DNA from: Bacteroidales bacterium
Lineage (GTDB): Bacteria > Bacteroidota > Bacteroidia > Bacteroidales > F082
Length of the DNA: 64,000 nucleotides
Direction: 5' to 3'
NCBI GenBank assembly: GCA_045606705.1
Contig: JAZUSL010000068.1
Location: forward strand, 68,751 to 132,750
This document shows, piece by piece, positions 45,893-54,861 of the stretch. Both the position numbers and the translations under genes were made by a program. Positions within the stretch are counted from its first letter, which is position 1. Every line of letters begins with the position of its first letter. Under the pieces are notes generated by a model. The model was given only the letters and a program-made list of their open reading frames with translations, made no database searches and had not been told where the DNA came from.

Positions 45893-48340
45893 ATGTTAAA
45901 AAAAATCACAACAATCATTCTTCTGGTACTGCTGATGCCGTTAAAAATATTAGCGCAATCCAACGACGTAAAGACGTCACCCCTGTGGCGTCTCACAGGA
46001 AACGTCGTCGACAAAGAGAACCACGAAGCACTTGTCGGAGCACACGTCTCATTAAAAGAATTAAATCTTATCACCGTCACCGACGAAAACGGCATCTTCA
46101 AATTCGAGAATATTAAAAATGGAACTTATACTTTAGAAGCCACGTACTTAGGTTTCAAGAAATATTCTTCTGACATTAAAATCGTCAAAGACACAAAGAT
46201 AAAAATCGCGATGATTACGGATTCCATGATGGAAGATGAAGTCATCGTAACGGCTTCACGAGTTGGAGAGAAGACTCCCCTCACCTATTCCGAGATTAAT
46301 TCCGAAGAACTGAAACGCAGCAACCAAGGCGCCGACCTGCCTTTCTTATTACAAAACACGCCTTCTGTCGTAGTCACTTCCGATGCGGGCGCGGGTGTCG
46401 GTTATACGAGCATGAGAGTGCGGGGCAGCGACTTGACAAGAATCAACGTGACATTAAACGGAGTTCCTGTCAATGACGCAGAATCTAATCTCGTCTATTT
46501 CGTTGACTTGCCAGACTTAGCTTCTTCCGTAGATAACATACAGATTCAGAGAGGTGTCGGTAATTCTAGCAACGGAGCAGCAGCCTTCGGAGCTTCCATC
46601 AATATAAAAACCGACGAACAGACAATAGAACCTTTCGCGAGACTCAGTTCCACCATCGGTTCTTTCAACACATTGAAAAACACTATCAACTTCTCATCGG
46701 GACGTAATGCCAACGGATTTAATTTCAACGGAAGAATCAGCAAGATAAATTCCGACGGCTATATCGACAGAGCTTATTCCGATTTGTTCTCATATCAGCT
46801 CTCCGCTTCTTGGTCAGACGAAAACGACTTCCTTAAATTTATGATAATGAACGGAAAGGAAGAGACTTACCAAGCTTGGAACGGAACTCCGAAAGACAGT
46901 CTTGAAACAAATCCTACCTTCAACCCTTCAGGAATGATGTACGACAAAGACGGCAATTTCATCGGTTATTACGAGAACGAGATTGACAAATACGACCAGA
47001 CTTATTACCAATTACATTACGCTCATAGTTTCTCGCCAAGACTTACCTTGACAGCATCAGCATTTCTTACCACAGGAAAAGGTTATTACGAGAATTATAA
47101 GAACGACAAATCATTATCAAGTTACGGACTTCCCGCTTTCGTAATCGGCGACACTGTAATTGAAAGAGTTAATCTCATTCAGCAGAAATGGTTAGACAAT
47201 AAATTCTACGGTATAAATCTTACTCTAAATCAGAAAGCCGGTAAGTTCGACATCAATTACGGTGCAAGCTGGAACAGTTACGACGGCGATCATTTCGGCA
47301 TCATCAATTGGGCAGAATACGGCGTTCCGTTAAATTACAGATGGTATGAAAACACAGGCAAGAAAGAATATTATAATGTTTATGTTTCAAGTAATTATGA
47401 ATTGAATTCATATCTTAACTTCTTTGCCGAGATGCAATATCGTCATATAGATTATTCCATCGACGGCATCCATGATGACTTAAATGACATCACGCAACAA
47501 CACATCTTCAATTTCTGGAATCCTAAAGGCGGTTTGTTTTATACTATTAACGAAAACAACAGCGCGTATTTCTCCGTCGCATATTCCAACAGGGAACCTA
47601 ACCGCGACATATACACCGATGCCGATGATTTCCAGAGAGAACGTATCACTCACGAAAAACTCATCGACTATGAATTAGGTTATTCTTTTATAAACAGAAA
47701 GACAAATCTCAACGCCAACTTTTTCTATATGGATTATAAAGACCAACTCGTGCTAACCGGCGAGATTAATAATGTTGGCAACGCCATCATGACGAATGTC
47801 GACAAGAGTTATAGATTCGGTTTGGAAGCAAGTGCGGCTTTTCTGTTCAACAGATATTTCGCCTTGGATTTCAACTTCGCTATAAGTCAGAACAAGATCT
47901 TAAACTTCGTTGATTTCGTCGACGAATACGATGCCGACTGGAATTATCTTGGGCAGAAAGAAACAAATCTCGGTACCACAGACATCTCATTCTCCCCTAA
48001 TGTCATCGCAGGATTGAATCTGAAAGTCACGCCGATAAATCATTTGGATATTGTCTTTCAGGAGAAATATGTCGGACGACAATATATCGACAACACCTCT
48101 ACCCTTTCAAGGAGTTTAGATCCATATTTCATCAGCAATGTAAATATCAATTACGAATGGAAGCAGTCGTTGTTCAAGGATTTGAATTTCAACTTAGCGA
48201 TTAACAACATCTTCAACAACAGATATTGCAGTAATGCCTGGGTTTACAAAGCCCTTGTCGGCGGGGAAGAATACATTGAAGACGGATATTTCTCCCAAGC
48301 GGGAATCAACTTCATGTTCAGCGTGATTGTTGGGATATGA
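45893..48340 (+). CDS. TonB-dependent receptor with N-terminal CarboxypepD_reg-like domain
   Basis: 815 aa with a signal peptide, GNVVDKENHEALVGAHVSL...GTYTLEATYLGFK, a plug region, and a terminal aromatic-rich beta-barrel. Confidence 0.9.
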   Translation: MLKKITTIILLVLLMPLKILAQSNDVKTSPLWRLTGNVVDKENHEALVGAHVSLKELNLITVTDENGIFKFENIKNGTYTLEATYLGFKKYSSDIKIVKDTKIKIAMITDSMMEDEVIVTASRVGEKTPLTYSEINSEELKRSNQGADLPFLLQNTPSVVVTSDAGAGVGYTSMRVRGSDLTRINVTLNGVPVNDAESNLVYFVDLPDLASSVDNIQIQRGVGNSSNGAAAFGASINIKTDEQTIEPFARLSSTIGSFNTLKNTINFSSGRNANGFNFNGRISKINSDGYIDRAYSDLFSYQLSASWSDENDFLKFMIMNGKEETYQAWNGTPKDSLETNPTFNPSGMMYDKDGNFIGYYENEIDKYDQTYYQLHYAHSFSPRLTLTASAFLTTGKGYYENYKNDKSLSSYGLPAFVIGDTVIERVNLIQQKWLDNKFYGINLTLNQKAGKFDINYGASWNSYDGDHFGIINWAEYGVPLNYRWYENTGKKEYYNVYVSSNYELNSYLNFFAEMQYRHIDYSIDGIHDDLNDITQQHIFNFWNPKGGLFYTINENNSAYFSVAYSNREPNRDIYTDADDFQRERITHEKLIDYELGYSFINRKTNLNANFFYMDYKDQLVLTGEINNVGNAIMTNVDKSYRFGLEASAAFLFNRYFALDFNFAISQNKILNFVDFVDEYDADWNYLGQKETNLGTTDISFSPNVIAGLNLKVTPINHLDIVFQEKYVGRQYIDNTSTLSRSLDPYFISNVNINYEWKQSLFKDLNFNLAINNIFNNRYCSNAWVYKALVGGEEYIEDGYFSQAGINFMFSVIVGI

Positions 48341-48419
48341 ACGTCTCATAAAATAATATGATTCGTTTAAGACGCACCAATTACATCGTGTTTTTTTATT
48401 GTGTCGTATGAAAATTCGT

Positions 48420-48465
48420 GAGACGTATCAAATTCTCCTTAGGTCGAATTATGATGCGTCTCTAC
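48420..48465. repeat. hairpin element, AGACG...CGTCT family, copy 2
   Basis: gagacgtatcaaattc pairs with gaattatgatgcgtctc (16 bp, one G-T pair and one bulge) and is followed by TAC. Partial copies lie at 48370-48376 and 48481-48488. Confidence 0.65.
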
Positions 48466-48552
48466 AATCATCACCAAAAGTAGAGACTTTTTAAAAAGAT
48501 ATTTTTTCTTTAAAAAACACTTTTCCAAAAGCGTTTGTAGAAAAATAATTGT

Positions 48553-48560
48553 TATCTTTG
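48553..48560 (+). promoter_or_regulatory. -7 box TATCTTTG
   Basis: Exact TAnnTTTG match 23 nt upstream of the ATG at 48583. Confidence 0.5.
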
Positions 48561-48582
48561 CAGGAAGTTAAAACAAACTATT

Positions 48583-49791
48583 ATGGAATTATCTGACATC
48601 AAACCATTGATAGACACATATCACAGAAAGATAATGACAACAAGTCTCACTTTCAAACGATATTTATATTCAAAGATAAATTGGAATGTAAGACTTTTAG
48701 GAATAAGAGGCGCACGAGGTGTAGGAAAGACAACATTGATACTGCAATATATCAAGGAAAATTTCAACAATATCGATGACGCTCTTTATGTTTCTTTGGA
48801 TAATCTTTGGTTTAACAGTTATAAGTTGGAAGATTTGGTAGAATATCTATATTCTCACGGAATCAAATATATATTCTTGGACGAGGTACATAAATATCCT
48901 AATTGGGCTGTGGTTATCAAGAACTTTTATGACAATTATCCTAACCTTAACATCGTATATACAGGTTCAGCGATGCTCGCCATTGACAATTCCAAGGCAG
49001 ACTTGTCACGACGCCAGACATTATATACATTAAACGGAATGTCATTCAGAGAATACCTTGAATATGAAGGCATAATGCAAATTAATCCAATCAATTTAGA
49101 AGATTTGCTTTCAAACCATGTTAAGTTGGCGATGGATATTTGTTACAATACTGTAATTCTAAAACACTTTGACAACTATCTGCAAAAAGGATATTATCCA
49201 TACTATAAGGAGAGCGGCGAAGATTATCATTATCGTATCGGTGAGGTGACGAATCTAATCATTGAAAGCGACTTGCCTTCTGTTGAAGATGTAACTTTTA
49301 GCACAATACAAAAAACGAAGAAACTCTTGATGGTTATAGCTCAGAATGTTCCTTTGGAGCCAAACATAGCAAAGTTGACAACTCAATTGGAGACCACTCG
49401 CGACCAATGTCTAAAGATGCTGTATATTTTAGACAGAGCGCAGTTGCTTATGCTATTCGGAGAGAAAATCAAGGATTACAAACATCTCACCAATCCAAAG
49501 AAAATTTATCTTAACAACAGTAACCTGATGTGTTCATTAAGTCCGAGCAACATTTCTGAAGGAAACAAAAGAGAGACTTTTTTCGCAAACCAACTTAACA
49601 GCATTGCTAATGTGACGATTCCAAAGAAAGGAGATTTTTTAGTCGACGGCAAATTCCTTTTTGAAGTCGGAGGAAACAGCAAGACATTCGACCAAATAGC
49701 AAACATTCCAGACAGTTATTTGGCGATTGCCGACATTGAAACAGGCAGCGGAAACAGAATACCATTATGGATGTTCGGATTGTTGTATTGA
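48583..49791 (+). CDS. AAA ATPase (AAA_14) with DUF4143-type C-terminal domain
   Basis: 402 aa with Walker A GIRGARGVGKTT and Walker B IFLDEVH. The C-terminal half is typical of DUF4143 proteins as I remember them. Confidence 0.75.
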   Translation: MELSDIKPLIDTYHRKIMTTSLTFKRYLYSKINWNVRLLGIRGARGVGKTTLILQYIKENFNNIDDALYVSLDNLWFNSYKLEDLVEYLYSHGIKYIFLDEVHKYPNWAVVIKNFYDNYPNLNIVYTGSAMLAIDNSKADLSRRQTLYTLNGMSFREYLEYEGIMQINPINLEDLLSNHVKLAMDICYNTVILKHFDNYLQKGYYPYYKESGEDYHYRIGEVTNLIIESDLPSVEDVTFSTIQKTKKLLMVIAQNVPLEPNIAKLTTQLETTRDQCLKMLYILDRAQLLMLFGEKIKDYKHLTNPKKIYLNNSNLMCSLSPSNISEGNKRETFFANQLNSIANVTIPKKGDFLVDGKFLFEVGGNSKTFDQIANIPDSYLAIADIETGSGNRIPLWMFGLLY

Positions 49792-49810
49792 AAAATGTCT
49801 AATGTCTAAA

Positions 49811-49880
49811 GTCCCCGTTCCCCAAAATCCCGTTCCCATTGAATGCGGCAAGCCACGTCCCCACAATTTTTCCGTTCCCT
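49811..49880. repeat. CCCGTTCCC motif cluster
   Basis: ccccgttcccc, atcccgttcccattgaatgcg and tccgttccc. The middle one recurs at 50346-50363 and related motifs occur at 43986-44035 and 52928-52940 (inverted). Confidence 0.7.
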
Positions 49881-50279
49881 ACTTATATTTTCTAAATAAT
49901 TATTAACTAAAATTATTTGGAAAGGCATTAGGTCAATCATCTTTTGTTAAGACCGATTTGCCGAATCATAAACAGAAGAAAAAAATGTATTTTTCAAAAA
50001 TGCATGAACTAAAAGCCACATTAGAAAATATTGGAGATGTGAAGATAATTGTTGGTGAGAGAAATAACCAGAGGATCATTCATTATTGTATTACAAAAAA
50101 GAAAAAAGAGTAGCCGAAATGTCCTCGATTACCATTGGATCTTATCGACTACCCTTAAAATTTAGACTGCAAATATACAAATATTTTTTATAGATAATGT
50201 ATTTGTTTTAAAATTATTCTATAATTAAACAAACATATTGTTTATTTTTCATCGGTGTAATATGTCACGTTTCTACAAA

Positions 50280-50343
50280 AATTTTCAATTTTCAATTTTC
50301 CATTTTCAATTCAAAGACACACGTCCGTGTGCCTCTACGGGAG
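50280..50343. repeat. AATTTTC heptamers followed by the 22-mer cacacgtccgtgtgcctctacg
   Basis: The 22-mer at 50318-50339 is identical to 880-901 and contains the hairpin cacacg/cgtgtg. Confidence 0.85.
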
Positions 50344-50371
50344 AACCCGTCCCCATTGATGCGCTTCGCTT

Positions 50372-52228
50372 TTATTCTGCGACCGGACGGAGTGATTGAC
50401 CGCCGTAACGGCGGCTCCAATCCACGCCCTGATAACTGTTATCGAAGTTAAGGCCGCACGCGCCATCGCTATCGCTCTCGTCCGGCGAAGAACTCCAATA
50501 GCAGCCGATCTCTCCGGCGCCGTAGAGCGATGACCCGTAACGGAGGCCCGCAGCAGGGAGAAAGATACTGTTGCCATTTGGTCCCGTAACCTTATAACCC
50601 TTAACGCCGTTTTGGGTCGTCCACTTCCATGTGCATCTATTCTCTAATTCTTCAAATTCCGCTTTTGTCGGCAACCTCCATATTCCTCCCCAGTTGGATC
50701 GCGCAGCATCATAGTGTGAATCGCCTTTTATGTCGCTCATCTGTTTGCCGTAGGTGACAGAATTATCTGAATCGTAACTTGATTTCGTCTTTGTCTTTGT
50801 CTCGCCCCAAGCGAAGTAGTCACCATAGTCTTCTGGTGAACTTGCACCGACATTACATGTAGCCCATTTTACGCTTAAACCTAAGTCAACATATTCATGA
50901 CCGTTAATCTCTTGTTTGAACGCCAACTTCCCGCTATTCTCTCCTCCACTCTGAGAGACGCTTATTGTCTTGCCGGTCTGCAGTTTCTCGTTTATGGTCA
51001 GGGTCTCGTTTTCTTTTATCGTTATGGTCTTGGTTATAGGGGCGCAGCCGCTCTTTTCTAATTTAAGAGTATGAGAACCTATCAAGATTTCGTTAATATA
51101 ATTAGGTGTCTGTCCGTAGTGTTTGCCGTCAATGTATATCTCTGCATCCATAGGAGAAGTGTTAACTTCAAGACTTCCGTTAATTGGTTTAGGCGCTTCG
51201 AGAGTAAATGTTTTGTTTTCATCTAGTACGAGTTCTACGGTTTGTGTGCTGCTTCTATGGTTTTCCTTTCTTGCCTCCAAAATATGCGATCCGTCTGATA
51301 CTCTCCCCGTCCATCGTCCTTTGCCTTTATATTCTTCATCAACATAAATATCAGCGTCAGCGTCAGTGTTTACCGTCACACTAACAAAGTTAGCCGACAT
51401 ATTGAGAGTTGCGTTCGTTGTTTGTCCGTCGTTAACGACAAAAGACTGTTCTTTCATCTTAAACATATCTTTCATCGCTCTCACTGTATGAGAACCGCTT
51501 GCAAGTTTATCTGTCTTTATCGGAGAGAGTCCTATATAATCTCCATCAACGAAGACCTTTGCTCCAGATTCAGGAGATGTCGTCACATTGATATAACCGA
51601 AGTTAGGACGCAGTTTCTTTTCAATCACTGTTCTTTCGTTCACAGTCACAGAACCCGTCTCGGCGTGATAAAGCTTACATTCTATTTTATATGTATGGCT
51701 TGTTCCTTCATCAACAAGTTTAGAAGCCTCGCCAATATCCAAAGGTTCGTCGTCGATATAGATAGTCGCATCTGCTTGGTCGGCTTTCACTATGAGATGA
51801 TATTTATTCTGCTGTTTCGGTTCTGTTTGTGGTGTCAGAGGCACATATTGAACCACCATCTCGTAACCGCAAAAACCTTTCAAGTCGTATGGCAGAACAA
51901 ACTCAGTCTTGCCGAAGTCATCGTGTATGATTTCAATAAAAGTGGCTTCGGTAGAAAGATACAGCCATATCTCGCCAGGCTCAAAATGCACATCGAAATA
52001 TGTAGCCATGTTACCTTTAAAGATAAACTTACGTCTTTCCTCTGCTTTAATATTTTCTGTCGCGATCTTAATCAAAGCCATAGGGCGGTTGTTGTCGTCA
52101 TAATGGTCATTCTTATCCAACATCACATAACCATCAATCTGATGGAAAGAATTTTCTTTAACCTTAATCTGAGAGAAGACATTATGACATATAAAAATCA
52201 ATAATATAGCTGTAAATATTTTCTTCAT
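50372..52228 (-). CDS. secreted multidomain protein: conserved N-domain, four PEGA-like repeats, C-terminal Fib_succ_major/DUF1566-like (C-type lectin fold) domain
   Basis: 618 aa with a signal peptide. PEGA-like ATIYIDDEPL, AKVFVDGDYIG, ADIYVDEEYKG and AEIYIDGKHYG. C-terminal VKWATCNVGA..YFAWGE..WRLPTKAEFEEL..GCYWSSS. Confidence 0.75.
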   Translation of the reverse strand: MKKIFTAILLIFICHNVFSQIKVKENSFHQIDGYVMLDKNDHYDDNNRPMALIKIATENIKAEERRKFIFKGNMATYFDVHFEPGEIWLYLSTEATFIEIIHDDFGKTEFVLPYDLKGFCGYEMVVQYVPLTPQTEPKQQNKYHLIVKADQADATIYIDDEPLDIGEASKLVDEGTSHTYKIECKLYHAETGSVTVNERTVIEKKLRPNFGYINVTTSPESGAKVFVDGDYIGLSPIKTDKLASGSHTVRAMKDMFKMKEQSFVVNDGQTTNATLNMSANFVSVTVNTDADADIYVDEEYKGKGRWTGRVSDGSHILEARKENHRSSTQTVELVLDENKTFTLEAPKPINGSLEVNTSPMDAEIYIDGKHYGQTPNYINEILIGSHTLKLEKSGCAPITKTITIKENETLTINEKLQTGKTISVSQSGGENSGKLAFKQEINGHEYVDLGLSVKWATCNVGASSPEDYGDYFAWGETKTKTKSSYDSDNSVTYGKQMSDIKGDSHYDAARSNWGGIWRLPTKAEFEELENRCTWKWTTQNGVKGYKVTGPNGNSIFLPAAGLRYGSSLYGAGEIGCYWSSSPDESDSDGACGLNFDNSYQGVDWSRRYGGQSLRPVAE

Positions 52229-52374
52229 AATCTATAGTTTATTTAGACAACAAATATAAGAAAAGACGACAGATAAATCACATTTTTTTAATTCTTTATA
52301 ATATAAAAAAAAACCACTGATTTCACAAATACACACAGATGCTTTCCGTGTTAATCTGTGCCAATCAGTGGGCA

Positions 52375-52430
52375 ATTTCTCAGATTCTCAATTTCTCAGA
52401 TTCTCAATTTCTCAAATTCTCAGATTCTAC
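52375..52430. repeat. three 16-nt units ATTTCTCAGATTCTCA (two octamers each)
   Basis: Read directly. Units extend across the rhodanese stop (52404-52406) into its last codons. Confidence 0.9.
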
Positions 52431-52793
52431 CTCTCCGTCCCAAGTAAGAATACCGCCATCTAAGTGGATGACCTCAAATCCTGCGTCCTGAAGTTTCTCT
52501 GCCGCTTCCATACTCTGACGTCCACCACGACAATAGACAGCAACAGGATTCTTCTTATCCAATTGTTTCATCATATCGTCAAAATGCTCCGATGTAAAAT
52601 CCAAGTTCTTAGCTCCTGGTATATGTCCTTCGTTGAAAGCCTCTGGAACGCGAACATCAACGAGTTGTATTTCTGGAGTCATTATCTCGGTACGAAACTC
52701 ATTAGATTTAATAGATTTAATTTCCTTCTTCGAATCGCATGAGGCAAATGCCATCATTATAATTGCTGCAATAATAAAAATTCTTCTTTTCAT
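52404..52793 (-). CDS. rhodanese-like domain protein (secreted or lipoprotein)
   Basis: 129 aa with a signal peptide and Cys (FASC), and active-site loop VAVYCRGGRQS. Confidence 0.85.
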   Translation of the reverse strand: MKRRIFIIAAIIMMAFASCDSKKEIKSIKSNEFRTEIMTPEIQLVDVRVPEAFNEGHIPGAKNLDFTSEHFDDMMKQLDKKNPVAVYCRGGRQSMEAAEKLQDAGFEVIHLDGGILTWDGEVESENLRN

Positions 52794-52830
52794 CTTTTGT
52801 TATTTTTTAGTTAATGATAAAATTATTCTA

Positions 52831-52865
52831 ATTATACATTATGAATTATGAATTATGAATTAAAA
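52831..52865. repeat. heptamer tract ATTATAC ATTATGA x3 ATTAAAA
   Basis: Read directly. TGA falls at 52842, 52849 and 52856, one in each reading frame. Confidence 0.9.
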
Positions 52866-52920
52866 AGACGCATCAACGATATATTGTTTAATTTTTTCGG
52901 TATCGTTGACACGTCTCTAC
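52866..52920. repeat. hairpin element, AGACG...CGTCT family, copy 3
   Basis: agacgcatcaacgata pairs with tatcgttgacacgtct in 14 of 16 positions, has a 19-nt loop and is followed by CTAC. Confidence 0.7.
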
Positions 52921-52970
52921 ATTTTTTCAGGAACGGGAAAGAATAGGGTATCCTTGAAATTTTTGGAACC

Positions 52971-54806
52971 CTATTCTTCTAAATTTTTCAATCCAACGAG
53001 AACACCTTCATCGGTTTTACTTGGTTGCCATGCTCTGACATGTATAACAGGTCTTTGAGTATCTCTGAGATCGACTAAGAGAAACAGATATCCGACATCG
53101 CCATATTTTTCAGAATTATATTCTTGTAAAAGTCTAATTCCAAAAATATCATCACCGTTATTGTTATTTTCATCGTCACTATTTACCATTCTCTCAAAGA
53201 CTGTCTCTGTAAATTTTATATCGATATATTCCTGAGCATCAAAAACCCTCTTTAATCTATCGAAATAAGCTTTCTTCTCCATTCTTTGCAATACAACTTC
53301 CTTTTCTCCTAAATTAAGTTTCATAACATCTTTAGTCTGATTCTCGCGTTTTTCTAACACATGACCTACAATTATCAAGGCATCATCAGAGAAAATTTTC
53401 TCAAGATATTCATGGCGTTCGAGTGCGTATGCTGTTTGATAATCCTCCAAGAAGTTGATGAGAGCGAATCTACAATCGTTGCCCCATTTATTATTTGTTG
53501 TGATATCTTTCTCTGCATATGATGTGATACGGAATGCTAATGATTTTATAAGTTTTGTATTGTTATCAAATCTGAACACCACTTCTCTGATAAATGACTT
53601 ATAATTTTTAAATTTGAAACACATTTCGATATCTCTACATATCGTAATATCACCAAAAGGAATAAACTCATACTCTTGTTTGCCTACCACTGAAATTTCA
53701 GCATTTCTCACCAATGTGTCAAGCATGGCGAATGCTTCTTTGGTAAAATACCCTTTAACAGAATTGTAATTTTTCTCACGAAAAGAATTTTCAAGTTTAA
53801 GCATCACATCATAAAAATACTCTTCATTGGATGACAACTTTCCTTCATTGAGAAGTTGAGGTTCCTGGTCATTTTTTTTAATATTCCTCATATAATCTTT
53901 TATCGGGACTATTGAGTTTTTGTATTCATCTATAATGACAGAACCGACATTATCGAATATCGTCTTAATTTCAGAGTTACTATTAAGGTCGTCTTTAAAA
54001 TTATAAATTATTTTTACGCCTATTTCTTTAACAATATCTTCATTAAGCTGAATATTAGCCTTATTATTACGAACCAATGTTTCAATATAACGATCCACTC
54101 CATTGCTATATTCTATTGGCAATCCATCTATAGAAACCTCGTCATTGGAAGTTACATTCAGCAAGACCGACAGACCTTCATCATTCAACTCTCCAGGATT
54201 ACGTTTGTCAACACGAAAAGATATCGAGCCCAACAAATCCACCATTTTTTCATAAAAGAAATCGTATGCCATGACATCTTCATCTTCGACTTTTATCATC
54301 AGCTCTTTACCATTGATATGAGCAACACATAACATCATTCCCCAATAATATTCTCGGAGAGCGTTAGCCAAGTTTTGTTGTTCATATTTAAGACCTTTCT
54401 CGGCATGAGATTGAATATCTTTTTTTCTTTCATTGAAAACATTCAAGAAATCCTCTTTACTTATATATGAGAATTTAACATAATTATTTTTCTTTGAATC
54501 AACAACGACATCTATCTCTAATGGAGATATTTTAACAGTCTTCAGCACATTCATTTTATGTTCATCAAGATTATCGAAACCCATATCAACTAAAGAAACT
54601 TCAATATCTGCCACTATGTTTTCATACATATTCTCCAATGACATTTTCTTTGCTCTCTCAGAAGATTTACATATAGCATTCTCTCCCCAATAAAAAGCTC
54701 CGCTATTCTTTATTTTCTCTATCTCTTTTTCTATTTCTTTTTTATTCTGAGCACTAATTGTTAAAACTGCAAAGAAAAGTAATAATGTAAATATTTTTTT
54801 TGTCAT
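52971..54806 (-). CDS. hypothetical secreted protein with LPP20-like N-terminal region
   Basis: 611 aa with a signal peptide. N-terminal FYWGENAICKSSERAKKMSLENMYENIVADIEVSL resembles LPP20-type lipoprotein domains. I do not recognise the rest. Confidence 0.45.
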   Translation of the reverse strand: MTKKIFTLLLFFAVLTISAQNKKEIEKEIEKIKNSGAFYWGENAICKSSERAKKMSLENMYENIVADIEVSLVDMGFDNLDEHKMNVLKTVKISPLEIDVVVDSKKNNYVKFSYISKEDFLNVFNERKKDIQSHAEKGLKYEQQNLANALREYYWGMMLCVAHINGKELMIKVEDEDVMAYDFFYEKMVDLLGSISFRVDKRNPGELNDEGLSVLLNVTSNDEVSIDGLPIEYSNGVDRYIETLVRNNKANIQLNEDIVKEIGVKIIYNFKDDLNSNSEIKTIFDNVGSVIIDEYKNSIVPIKDYMRNIKKNDQEPQLLNEGKLSSNEEYFYDVMLKLENSFREKNYNSVKGYFTKEAFAMLDTLVRNAEISVVGKQEYEFIPFGDITICRDIEMCFKFKNYKSFIREVVFRFDNNTKLIKSLAFRITSYAEKDITTNNKWGNDCRFALINFLEDYQTAYALERHEYLEKIFSDDALIIVGHVLEKRENQTKDVMKLNLGEKEVVLQRMEKKAYFDRLKRVFDAQEYIDIKFTETVFERMVNSDDENNNNGDDIFGIRLLQEYNSEKYGDVGYLFLLVDLRDTQRPVIHVRAWQPSKTDEGVLVGLKNLEE

Positions 54807-54861
54807 AATTGATTAATTTATGGTTTGTTTCAATTTGCAATTTTCAATTATAATTATAACA

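Noticed and set aside
50335-50577. 80-aa Ala/Arg-rich ORF at the 3' end of the 618-aa gene.
   Set aside because: It is an alternative frame of the GC-rich segment. Such ORFs arise automatically in GC-rich DNA, and the main frame encodes a recognisable domain end.
51422-52204. 260-aa plus-strand ORF.
   Set aside because: It is antisense to the 618-aa gene, whose N-domain and PEGA repeats are supported by a paralog. The antisense ORF has no features of its own.
54781-54806. A/T homopolymers at the 5' ends of secreted-protein genes (for example A8 in codons 3-5 of the 611-aa gene) as phase-variation switches.
   Set aside because: Lys-Lys after the start codon is normal for signal peptides, and in an AT-rich genome it yields A runs by default. 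The runs are short (6-8 nt), and there is no evidence of variability in a single sequence.
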